Position numbers and translations under genes: made by a program. The notes below the pieces were generated by a model that was not told the DNA's origin, did not search any database, and saw only the letters and a program-made list of their open reading frames with translations. Below are positions 30,010 through 38,593 of a stretch of DNA of 64,000 bases, one piece after another. This DNA is from Rhodospirillaceae bacterium UBA3470 (GTDB taxonomy: Bacteria > Pseudomonadota > Alphaproteobacteria > Rhodospirillales > Casp-alpha2): the NCBI GenBank assembly GCA_002378125.1, contig DFRF01000041.1, positions 420 to 64,419 on the forward strand, given 5' to 3'. How positions within the stretch are numbered: position 1 is the first letter of the stretch; every line of letters starts with the position of its first letter.

Positions 30010-30738
30010 ATGCTTGCTCAAAAAGCCGAAGTCATCCCACCCGCTTATGGGAGCACCGCCTCCAGGGGAACCGGCATTCGAACATGTGGGTCCATTAGTG
30101 GCCTTGCAGCAATAGGGGCGCCGTCTACCGAGCTTGTAATCTGGAAACGCGCGCTGCCGTCCCAGTTGCGGGACTGGTTAAACCAGATTCCGGTACCGGT
30201 GTTGCCCGATCTTCGGCTTCTCATCAAGCCCGACGAGCTCCGGCCCGCCCTTGAACCGCTCCTGGACCAGTGTGGCATGCAGGCCGGCGATATGCGCGAA
30301 CTTCTGATCACCGACATTGCCAAGCTCATCCAGGTCTTTTCCCGCATCACGGCAAAGGCGCGCGTCGATGTCCGGCTGGAGCGCGTCGACGATGATGCCT
30401 GCTGGAAATTTCATCGCGACAGCGTCGATGCCCGACTGCTCACCACTTATCGCGGCCCAACAACGGAGTGGGTGCAACCGGAGCACGGCGAACGTGCCAT
30501 TCTTGAACAACAGAGTTTCACAGGTCCCCTCGAGCATTTAGGTGCCCATGACGTGGCCCTCTTCAAGGGGACCAAGGCCGACACGGGTAGGGGAATCGTC
30601 CATCGCTCGCCGCCAATCGTCGGCACTGGTTATACGCGCCTTCTGCTCTGCCTCAACAAACCGACCGTGGCCTCACCGGATCCATGGGCCGCGGGCCCAG
30701 GCCACTATTCCCACGCGGGCGTTCAACGGGGCTGGTAA
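30010..30738 (+). CDS. DUF1826-like protein (function unknown)
   Basis: 242 aa. The core CWKFHRDSVDARLLTTYRGPTTEW resembles, from memory, the conserved FH.D...RL..TY.G.GT.W block of DUF1826. Confidence 0.6.
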   Translation: MLAQKAEVIPPAYGSTASRGTGIRTCGSISGLAAIGAPSTELVIWKRALPSQLRDWLNQIPVPVLPDLRLLIKPDELRPALEPLLDQCGMQAGDMRELLITDIAKLIQVFSRITAKARVDVRLERVDDDACWKFHRDSVDARLLTTYRGPTTEWVQPEHGERAILEQQSFTGPLEHLGAHDVALFKGTKADTGRGIVHRSPPIVGTGYTRLLLCLNKPTVASPDPWAAGPGHYSHAGVQRGW

Positions 30739-30897
30739 GAGCCCGCCATAATATGAGAATTACGGGAAGCACGACTGGTGCGGCAATGATCCGGGCGGTT
30801 TAAGTCGGACACTGGTTGAAACTGGACAATCTGATGATATAACGTCACGTATAAGGAAAATTCTTTACCGACACTGCCATTTTGGGAGACCCAGCCC

Positions 30898-31665
30898 ATG
30901 GCCCTCCAAGTTTATCAATTCCCGTGCCGCTCGGACAACTATGGTTTCCTGGCGCACGATCCCACCCTGAATGTGACCGCCTCCATCGACACGCCCGAAG
31001 AGGGCCCCATCAATACCGCCCTGGAAGAGAAAGGCTGGCGCCTAACGCATATCTTAAACACTCATCATCACGGCGATCACACCGGCGCCAATATTGCACT
31101 CAAGGAGCGCTGGGGCTGCACAATCGTCGGTGCCGCCAATGACGCGGACCGCATTCCGGGGATTGATGTACGGATGGCCGACGGTGACAAATACCAGTTC
31201 GGCTCCCTGATCGCCGATGTGTTCGAGGTACCGGGCCATACCACCGGGCACATCGCCTATTATTTTTCGAGTGAGGACATCGCTTTCGTCGGCGACACCC
31301 TTTTTGCGCTCGGTTGCGGCCGCCTGTTCGAAGGTACGCCTGAGATGATGTGGAACAGCCTGCAAAAGCTTATGGCGCTTCCCGACGAAACAATTGTCTA
31401 CTGCGCCCACGAGTACACCCAGTCGAATGCCCAATTCGCACTCTCGGTTGAACCAGGCAACGCGGCGCTAGTAGCACGCAGCCAGGAAATCGACGCCTTG
31501 CGTGCCGAGGGCAAGCCAACCGTACCAACCACCATTGGTCTAGAGCGGGCCACTAACCCGTTCTTGCGACCCATGAGTGAGAATCTTCAGGAAACCGTCG
31601 GCCTCAGCGGCGCCGATCTGGTATCCGTATTTACCGAAACTCGGTTACGGAAGGACAACTTCTAG
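30898..31665 (+). CDS. gloB: hydroxyacylglutathione hydrolase (glyoxalase II)
   Basis: 255 aa metallo-beta-lactamase fold with HHHGDHTG and GHTTGHI. The C-terminal substrate-binding region (NPFLR) is typical of GloB. Confidence 0.92.
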   Translation: MALQVYQFPCRSDNYGFLAHDPTLNVTASIDTPEEGPINTALEEKGWRLTHILNTHHHGDHTGANIALKERWGCTIVGAANDADRIPGIDVRMADGDKYQFGSLIADVFEVPGHTTGHIAYYFSSEDIAFVGDTLFALGCGRLFEGTPEMMWNSLQKLMALPDETIVYCAHEYTQSNAQFALSVEPGNAALVARSQEIDALRAEGKPTVPTTIGLERATNPFLRPMSENLQETVGLSGADLVSVFTETRLRKDNF

Positions 31666-32286
31666 GCCTGACACAAATACAATCCGCCAACCGTCACTAG
31701 CCGAAGCGCTTGGCAACCGCGGCGCGGCGGCTATCTTCCCTGACCTGCAGACACCCGCCAATTGCAAGCAGATCGCCGACGAGGCGCGAGAAAGCTAGGG
31801 TGCTATCCCCATCGGGGGCAAGCTTTCGGCAAACCATATTGAAAATTATATCGACTTCGAGCCGGAGACCTTGGCCGATTACATCATTCTTGATGGGCGC
31901 ACTCGCAAGACAGGTGGGCGGCGCTCATCTTCGACAATCACATTTTGGTGTTGATAATTCTCACCCTCTCGCGCGAGCCCTCATCTGGACGGCAAGTCCA
32001 GACGCTAGATGGCTCTGAGAATCATCAGCAAGTTGCGTATGCCCGAAGAGTTCACCAAGGCAATAGCCTTGGAGGCCAATACCGATGCCGCCGCCACCTC
32101 AAACTCGGCGATGCATGGTGTGGGCTGCATGCGGCACACATATATAATTCCAACTATTGTCCCGTCGACACCACCAAGCACGAATAACCCTAAGAACATA
32201 TTCAGAAAAGTTTCGATCCGGCGGCACAAGACCCTCAAGCATAGACTTCCGTTCCAGAGGGATCCGAAACTGTAGGCCCACCTCGG

Positions 32287-33636
32287 CTAACTCCCTGGAA
32301 ACTTCCCATAGAAGAAGTCAGGCAAGAATGTCGCAATTTCTGGGAACGCCGAAATGATGATCAGCACCACAACATAGGCGATGACGAACGGAATCACAGC
32401 AATGGAAATCTTGTCGATACCCAGATTGGTTATTCGTGCCGCTACAAAAAGATTGGCGCCGACCGGCGGTGTAAGGAAGCCCACCTCGCAGGAAATGACC
32501 ATAATAATCCCAAAGACGATCGGGTCGATGCCGAGGCTGATCACGATCGGCAGCATAAGTGGTGTCAGAAGGATAATTTGAGCAATTGATTCCAGAAACA
32601 TGCCCGTGAAAATCAGGATCGCAGCAATGATCATGAGCAAGATAAACGGGTTCTCCGTCACGCCCGTAAGGGCGTCCCCAATCATCATTGGGACTTCCAT
32701 CAAACTCATCAGTTCGCCAAATGCCTTGGCCGGGCCGACGATTATAAGAACGGCACCTGAGATCATAGCAGTGATCTTCAAACAGTAGATGAGTTTCCCA
32801 AAATCGAGTTCATGGTATGCGAAGTGACCAATAATCAGAGCGTAGACCACGGCGACGGATGCTGCTTCCGTTGGTGTGAAGATCCCTGAATAAATACCAC
32901 CAAGGATGATGAAGGGCGCAAGAAGTGCCCACTTGCCGGCCCAGAAAGACTCCCAAACATCGCTCCAAGAAAACTCGCGACCGGCGCCAACATAACCCCG
33001 CTTCCTCGCGATAATGTAGGTCGTCAGCATCAAAATTCCACTCGCGATCAAGCCGGGAAAGAACCCGGCCAAAAATAGCCTGGGAATAGACTGCTCCGCG
33101 ACGATCCCATAGATGATCATCAAGTTGCTTGGCGGAATGAGGCTACCCAGCGCGCCGCCGGCCGCAGCGATAGCACCACCAAACGCCGGGCTGTAATTCT
33201 GCTTCACCATGGAGGGGATCATGACTGCACCGATGGCCGCTGTCGTCGCAGGCCCGGATCCCGATAGGGCCGCGAAGAACGTGCACCCAAGCACCGCAAC
33301 CAGGCCCAAGCTCCCCGTATAATTACCAACCAGCGATTCCGCCAAGTTGACGATGCGGCGCGCCATACCCCCCTGTTCCATCAATGAACCAGCAAGCACG
33401 AACAAGGGGACGGTAATGAGCGGGAACGGCTCGATCCCCGTATACATGGAAAGGGCAATCTGAACGAAGGGGAAATCTAAAAACCAATAGCCAACGACCG
33501 TGCCGATGATCACCGATATGGGGATGGGGATCCCCAGCGCGATCATCAAGAGCATTGATAGAAAAATAATGATTGCCTGCGTCACCTCAGGCAAATCAAG
33601 CAAGAAATCCGAAAATGTGCCCCAAAACTCAAACAT
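32287..33636 (-). CDS. dctM: TRAP transporter large permease
   Basis: A 449 aa highly hydrophobic DctM-family protein that overlaps the dctQ stop by 8 nt. Confidence 0.92.
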   Translation of the reverse strand: MFEFWGTFSDFLLDLPEVTQAIIIFLSMLLMIALGIPIPISVIIGTVVGYWFLDFPFVQIALSMYTGIEPFPLITVPLFVLAGSLMEQGGMARRIVNLAESLVGNYTGSLGLVAVLGCTFFAALSGSGPATTAAIGAVMIPSMVKQNYSPAFGGAIAAAGGALGSLIPPSNLMIIYGIVAEQSIPRLFLAGFFPGLIASGILMLTTYIIARKRGYVGAGREFSWSDVWESFWAGKWALLAPFIILGGIYSGIFTPTEAASVAVVYALIIGHFAYHELDFGKLIYCLKITAMISGAVLIIVGPAKAFGELMSLMEVPMMIGDALTGVTENPFILLMIIAAILIFTGMFLESIAQIILLTPLMLPIVISLGIDPIVFGIIMVISCEVGFLTPPVGANLFVAARITNLGIDKISIAVIPFVIAYVVVLIIISAFPEIATFLPDFFYGKFPGS

Positions 33637-34168
33637 GGGTCATTTCCCGTTCTCGCTTATCGCCGTCGTCCCGGGGCTCAAGAATGGGCTCATCAAACTT
33701 CCACCACCGGTAATAGACTTGGAGGAGACGGAACGTCATTAGTCCAAATCCAAAGATCAGGCAGAGATAGGGCCACTTCTGATCAATATCCAAAGCGGGA
33801 GACCTGTAGGAGTTCTCCCAAAACGAAATTTCCAAAATGACACTTTGCCAAGTCAGAAAAACACCCATAACGAACCAGACAAGATCGCTAAATATCGTGA
33901 GCCCGAGGCTTATCGTCCTTGGGAACAGATTGATGAAGTTCATGACCCGGATATGGGCCCGTTCGCGCACAGCCCAGGAAACGGACAAGTACACGGACCA
34001 AAGCATCATGTACTGGGCGATTTCGTCGGACCACGACAGGGGTTCGTTAAAGACGTATCTCAGAACCACGTGCAAGAACACCATCGCGCACATGATCATC
34101 ACACATACGCCTGCGATAGCTTCTTCAAAACGTCGCTCTAGAATCTTATACATATGACCAACCATCAA
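33629..34168 (-). CDS. dctQ: TRAP transporter small permease
   Basis: About 175 aa with four TM segments, located between dctP and dctM. The start could instead be ATG 34153. Confidence 0.88.
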   Translation of the reverse strand: MMVGHMYKILERRFEEAIAGVCVMIMCAMVFLHVVLRYVFNEPLSWSDEIAQYMMLWSVYLSVSWAVRERAHIRVMNFINLFPRTISLGLTIFSDLVWFVMGVFLTWQSVILEISFWENSYRSPALDIDQKWPYLCLIFGFGLMTFRLLQVYYRWWKFDEPILEPRDDGDKREREMTHV

Positions 34169-34219
34169 CGAATTTCGAACTCGCCAATTCTGCCCCGATC
34201 AAAATCCGATCACAGTGGA

Positions 34220-34250
34220 GACTGCAGCGCCTGAACGGGGCGCTGCAGTC
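34220..34250 (-). other. 12 bp perfect intercistronic stem-loop between dctP and dctQ
   Basis: GACTGCAGCGCC-7 nt-GGCGCTGCAGTC starts 20 nt after the dctP stop and has only a weak U tract. This is the classic position for an SBP-mRNA stabiliser or partial terminator. Confidence 0.55.
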
Positions 34251-34269
34251 TTCCTCAGGTTCGCTATCG

Positions 34270-35268
34270 TTATTTAGCCGCGTCTGCAATCGCCTTCATG
34301 ATCGCGGGATAGTCGCCGCCCCGCTTTTTGCCGAAAGCTGCGTGAACGGCTTTGGCCTTCTCGACCCAGGGGCCAATATCCGGCTCTGTGACCGTCACGC
34401 CGGCTGCTTCCAGTTTTTTCTGAACCAGGTCCATACCATAGTTGGTGTGGAAACGTGACGCCGCCGTGGCGACTTTGACCGCCATGTTGAAGTGCTCTTT
34501 TTGGCTCGCATTCATCTTCTTCATGAACTTGTCACTAACGAAGAAAGGCGGCGCCAAAACGAAATGGCCCGTCTTGGCAATGTGTTTGGCAACATCGTGA
34601 AATTTCTGCGAGTAGATCACGTCCATGGGCAGGTCACCGCCATCAACGGTACCCGTCTGCGTCGCCGTCAACGCTTCTGACCACGCGATCGGAACAGGAT
34701 CAGAACCAAAGGCTTTGTAGGTGTCGATCATGACCACGTTTTTCGGTACTCGGTATTTCATCTTGGCAAAGTCGGCCAGGCTGTTAATTGGCATTTTCGT
34801 GTTATAGATATGCCGGAATGAGAACAACGGGATCGATACCAGGTGCACGCCCACCTCTTTGGGCATATCGCCCCAGATTTTCTGGCCGATGGGACCATCC
34901 GCAACTTTCACAGCATGATCATAGTTTTGGATCATGTAAGGCAGGACCAAGAGGTCGATCTTCGGGAAGAAGGGGCCCGCATTGTTCTGCGCGATCATTG
35001 TCCCATCGAGAGTGCCCAGTTGGAGCTTTTTAAATTGCTCCTGCTCGCTGCCCATTTTGTGACAGCAGTGTACTTTTACGCGAACGGTACCGCCCGACAG
35101 CGTTTCGAAGCGTTCGGCAAATGTCTTCATGAACGTCCCGTAAGGATGTCCTTCGGTAACCGAAAATCCAATGTTCATCGTAAGTTTCTTAGCTGATGCC
35201 TCAGCGGACATCAGCAATCCGGCAACGGCCAATACAGCCCCAACCCATAAAATTGAGTGTCTCTTCAC
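34270..35268 (-). CDS. dctP: TRAP transporter substrate-binding protein (DctP family)
   Basis: ORF 34270..35322 trimmed to GTG 35268 (AGGAGG 5 nt upstream). It has a signal peptide (KRHSILWVGAVLAVAGLLMSAEASA) and a DctP-type fold. Confidence 0.9.
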   Translation of the reverse strand: MKRHSILWVGAVLAVAGLLMSAEASAKKLTMNIGFSVTEGHPYGTFMKTFAERFETLSGGTVRVKVHCCHKMGSEQEQFKKLQLGTLDGTMIAQNNAGPFFPKIDLLVLPYMIQNYDHAVKVADGPIGQKIWGDMPKEVGVHLVSIPLFSFRHIYNTKMPINSLADFAKMKYRVPKNVVMIDTYKAFGSDPVPIAWSEALTATQTGTVDGGDLPMDVIYSQKFHDVAKHIAKTGHFVLAPPFFVSDKFMKKMNASQKEHFNMAVKVATAASRFHTNYGMDLVQKKLEAAGVTVTEPDIGPWVEKAKAVHAAFGKKRGGDYPAIMKAIADAAK

Positions 35269-35321
35269 GTCTGCCTCCTGTGCAACGTTGGTAAGAAAAT
35301 TATTTTTATATGCCTCGTCCA

Positions 35322-35337
35322 AATACTATGTAGTATT
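35322..35337. promoter_or_regulatory. perfect palindrome AATACTA-tg-TAGTATT in the dctP / dehydrogenase divergent promoter
   Basis: It has 7 bp arms and a 2 nt spacer, and lies in the 173 bp AT-rich region between GTG 35268 (dctP) and ATG 35442. It is a candidate operator for the adjacent GntR/HutC regulator. Confidence 0.45.
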
Positions 35338-35354
35338 GAGGTCAAATTCAACCT

Positions 35355-35371
35355 CTTGTCTCTGAGACAAG
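35355..35371. promoter_or_regulatory. perfect 17 bp palindrome CTTGTCTC-T-GAGACAAG in the same divergent promoter
   Basis: It has 8 bp arms around a single central nucleotide and contains a GT...AC core of the kind used by GntR-family operators. Confidence 0.45.
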
Positions 35372-35441
35372 TTCGGTTAGCCATACATGATAATCAACTA
35401 GCGCTGAGTAGTCATCAGCCTTAATTTTGGAGAATATTCGC

Positions 35442-36320
35442 ATGGCAAACGTAGCATTTATCGGATTGGGCACGATGGGCCTTGTCATGGCCCGAAATAT
35501 AATTGAGGGCGGGCATCAGGTAACCGGATATGACACGGACGCGGACGCTGTCGCAAATCATGTTGCCAATGGTGGTTCCGAAGCCTCATCGCCAGCTAAC
35601 GCGGCTGATGGCGCCGAGATCATCATTACCATGCTGCCGGTTGGCGAAGTCGTGAAGCGGGTATTGTTTGACGCATCGGGTGTAGTGGAGGCGGCTGGTG
35701 TCGGTTCGCTCGTCATCGACATGTCGACGATCAACCCGGTTGAGACCGATGAGATTCGCGATGGGCTAGCCTCAAAGGAGGTCCGGATGATTGATGCGCC
35801 GGTCGGCCGCACCTCCGAACAAGCAAAGACCGGCAACCTCCTGATCATGGCCGGCGGCAACGCCGCGGACATTGAAGAGGCGCGGCCGGTGTTCGAATGC
35901 ATGGGAGACACGGTTGTTGATTGCGGCGGGCCCGGCATGGGCGGGCGCATGAAGATCATCAACAACTTGATGTCGACGGTGCTCAACGCGTTAACCGCCG
36001 AAGTTCTCACATTGGCGGAATCTTCGGGTCTTGATCGGAATCTCGCGATCGAGGTCATGTGCGGGACGGCGGCAGGCCTGGGCCACATGTCAACAACCTA
36101 TCCAGCCAAAGTGCTAAAAAACGACATTTCGCCAGCATTCATGATCGATTTAGCCAAAAAAGATTTGGGGATCGCGATCAATTTGTCTGAAACGCTCGGC
36201 GTGCCCCTTGCTCTCGCGGGCATGGCTGAAGCGGTTTATGCACAAGCTCAGGACGAAGGCCGGGGTGCGCAGGATTGGACGGCCCTCTACGAAATGCTAC
36301 GGCAAAAATACGTTCTATAA
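35442..36320 (+). CDS. NAD(P)-dependent beta-hydroxyacid dehydrogenase (3-hydroxyisobutyrate / tartronate semialdehyde reductase family)
   Basis: ORF trimmed to ATG 35442 (GGAG 9 nt upstream). It has a Rossmann motif (VAFIGLGTMG) and a family core (DAPVGRTSEQAKTGNLLIMAGG). Confidence 0.85.
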   Translation: MANVAFIGLGTMGLVMARNIIEGGHQVTGYDTDADAVANHVANGGSEASSPANAADGAEIIITMLPVGEVVKRVLFDASGVVEAAGVGSLVIDMSTINPVETDEIRDGLASKEVRMIDAPVGRTSEQAKTGNLLIMAGGNAADIEEARPVFECMGDTVVDCGGPGMGGRMKIINNLMSTVLNALTAEVLTLAESSGLDRNLAIEVMCGTAAGLGHMSTTYPAKVLKNDISPAFMIDLAKKDLGIAINLSETLGVPLALAGMAEAVYAQAQDEGRGAQDWTALYEMLRQKYVL

Positions 36321-36336
36321 CGACCGGCAGCACATT

Positions 36337-37128
36337 ATGCCAATGGCCACGGCTTCCATATACGACGAAATTCATTCGCGACTGAATGAGATTTCTTACG
36401 GCGGCAAAAAGTTTCCGAAGTATAGGCAGTTGTCGGATGCGATTTTAGCGCTAATCAGGGATGGAGACATCAAACCTGGAGAACGCCTGCCGACGGAAAC
36501 CATGTTAACCGAGAAGCTGCCGTTCAGCCTTGGTACCGTTCAGAAGGCAATGCGCAGTCTCTCCCAACTTGGCGCGATTAAACGAACACGACGTCGCGGG
36601 ACCATTGTTTCAGAGCGGACCTCCGAAATTTTCGACCTGTGGCAATTTCGTTTTATGAACGAAAAGGAACAGCGTGTTTATCCAATTTTCAGCAAGGTCC
36701 TCGATATGCGCCGCATCGAATGCCGTGGACCATGGAGCCAGTTCCTCGGACAGGACGGCAGCTTCGTACGGATTGATCGGGTCATTGACATCGGTCACCA
36801 GTTCAAGATACACGCATCGTTTTTTCTTTCGTTCAGTAAGTTCGGAGGCGTATTGGAGTTGCAGCGCAGTGATCTTGAGGGTGTGCACTTGAGTGCTGTC
36901 GTCCAACGGATGTTTGGAAGTGAGACAGTCCGCACGAAAAACCGCATCGTGTGCACGGCACTTCCTGACGCCGCAACTCGGCAACTCAAACTTCACTCAG
37001 GAGCGTTCGGATTGGCATGCGATATTTTGGGCTATGGAAGTGGCGACAAGCCCTTAACATTCCAGCGCGCCTATGTGCCCGCCGATGTGTCGCCTATAGA
37101 GTTCCTGGAGACCAAGCCCACTTGGTAG
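36337..37128 (+). CDS. GntR family transcriptional regulator (HutC subfamily, UTRA effector domain)
   Basis: ORF 36208..37128 trimmed to ATG 36337. It has a winged HTH (YRQLSDAILALIRDGDIKPGERLPTETMLTEKLPFSLGTVQKAMRSLSQLGAIKRTRRRGTIV) and a UTRA-like C-terminal half. Confidence 0.85.
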   Translation: MPMATASIYDEIHSRLNEISYGGKKFPKYRQLSDAILALIRDGDIKPGERLPTETMLTEKLPFSLGTVQKAMRSLSQLGAIKRTRRRGTIVSERTSEIFDLWQFRFMNEKEQRVYPIFSKVLDMRRIECRGPWSQFLGQDGSFVRIDRVIDIGHQFKIHASFFLSFSKFGGVLELQRSDLEGVHLSAVVQRMFGSETVRTKNRIVCTALPDAATRQLKLHSGAFGLACDILGYGSGDKPLTFQRAYVPADVSPIEFLETKPTW

Positions 37129-37755
37129 CGAACGTGTCTCCCCGTTGACTGAACTCTCGACACCTGAGATTCACAGCTAAGATCAATGCCAATGACCAAG
37201 TGCAAACATTTGACCGTTGGCCTATAGCCAAGACAGAACCCTTCCATACTGCATAAGCCGTCTCGCGGGCTAATGCTTCCCAGGCGGCATAAGCAGCATA
37301 TCGACGATTGGCATTGCAGTTTGTTCGGACACTGCCACACCAGACATGTCATCAAACCACAACAAGAAGCTTTCATGTCAATTAAACCTATGCACGCGGC
37401 ATTGATCACGACGTCATCACCAGGACGGGCGGTCGTCACGTCGCATCGCGTGAGGTGATACGGACAGTAGCGGAAGAATCGTCGCAAAGATCTACATCCA
37501 AAAAACCCTGACCGCGGCGCTACTTTGCGGCCCACAGATTAGGTCCGCTGAGGCCCACATATGGACCTTTATGTACCAGTGCGGATTTCTGCGGACAGTT
37601 GCGAACAAGCGGCAGGGTCGGTCCCGCCACCCCCATCCAGCGCGCGAACAGCGGTCGCCGGGCTCCTGGGCCATGTTGACACCGCCTGTCCCCTGCCGCA
37701 TCTTCGGAGCCGTTTTTCTGGCGGTATTCCGCCCCTTAGCGAATGGAATGATCTC

Positions 37756-38586
37756 ATGAGTCTAGCAGCCACCATCGACGCCGCCTGGGAAGACCGGGAC
37801 AACATCTCTCCGGCGACCACCGGGGAAGTCCGCGAAGCCATTGGGCAGGCCTTAAAACAGCTTGATTCAGGCCATGCCCGAGTTGCCGAGGTGACCAACG
37901 GCGAATGGGTCGTTAACCAGTGGCTAAAGAAGGCCGTGCTTTTGTCGTTCCGCCTGAACGATATGTACACCATTGACGGAGGGCCCGGTGGCGCGCCTTG
38001 GTGGGACAAGGTGGATTCGAAGTTCGCCGGCTGGGGCGAAGCTGAATTCGCAGACGCCGGCTTTCGCGCCGTGCCACATTGCATCGTTCGGCATTCCGCC
38101 TACATCGCGCCGAGCGTCGTTTTGATGCCGAGTTTCGTCAACCTCGGCGCCTACGTTGATTCGGGCACCATGGTCGACACCTGGGCGACCGTAGGGTCTT
38201 GCGCGCAGATTGGAAAGAACGTGCACCTGTCGGGTGGCGCCGGCATCGGCGGTGTGTTGGAGCCGCTGCAAGCCGGGCCAGTGATTATTGAAGACAACTG
38301 CTTCATCGGCGCGCGTTCGGAAGTGGTGGAAGGCGTCATTGTTGAGGAAGGCTCCGTCCTGTCCATGGGCGTGTTCATTGGACAATCGACGAAAATCGTC
38401 GAACGCGATACGGGCGAGATCCATTACGGCCGCGTACCAGCCTATTCGGTCGTCGTTCCGGGCTCCCTGCCGGGGCCAATTGTCGACGGAAAGCCCACCC
38501 CCGCCCTCTATTGCGCGGTGATCATCAAGCGCGTCGACGAAGGCACTCGGGCGAAGACCTCCATCAACGATCTGCTGCGGGACTGA
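37756..38586 (+). CDS. dapD: 2,3,4,5-tetrahydropyridine-2,6-dicarboxylate N-succinyltransferase
   Basis: ORF 37561..38586 trimmed to ATG 37756 (276 aa). It has the DapD N-terminal helical domain and hexapeptide repeats ([40 protein letters not shown]). Confidence 0.93.
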   Translation: MSLAATIDAAWEDRDNISPATTGEVREAIGQALKQLDSGHARVAEVTNGEWVVNQWLKKAVLLSFRLNDMYTIDGGPGGAPWWDKVDSKFAGWGEAEFADAGFRAVPHCIVRHSAYIAPSVVLMPSFVNLGAYVDSGTMVDTWATVGSCAQIGKNVHLSGGAGIGGVLEPLQAGPVIIEDNCFIGARSEVVEGVIVEEGSVLSMGVFIGQSTKIVERDTGEIHYGRVPAYSVVVPGSLPGPIVDGKPTPALYCAVIIKRVDEGTRAKTSINDLLRD

Positions 38587-38593
38587 GCCCGAC

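Noticed and set aside
31700-37530. Short shared strings (CCGCGGCGC, CCCTGACC) near both edges of the low-GC island, considered as att-like direct repeats
   Set aside because: They are only 8-9 nt, GC-rich, and occur in a different order at the two ends. That is within chance expectation for this window.
37071-37535. 154 aa Cys-rich ORF in the spacer after the GntR gene
   Set aside because: It overlaps the GntR gene 3' end, has many Cys/Arg residues and no motif or RBS. I treat it as non-coding or relic DNA at the island edge.
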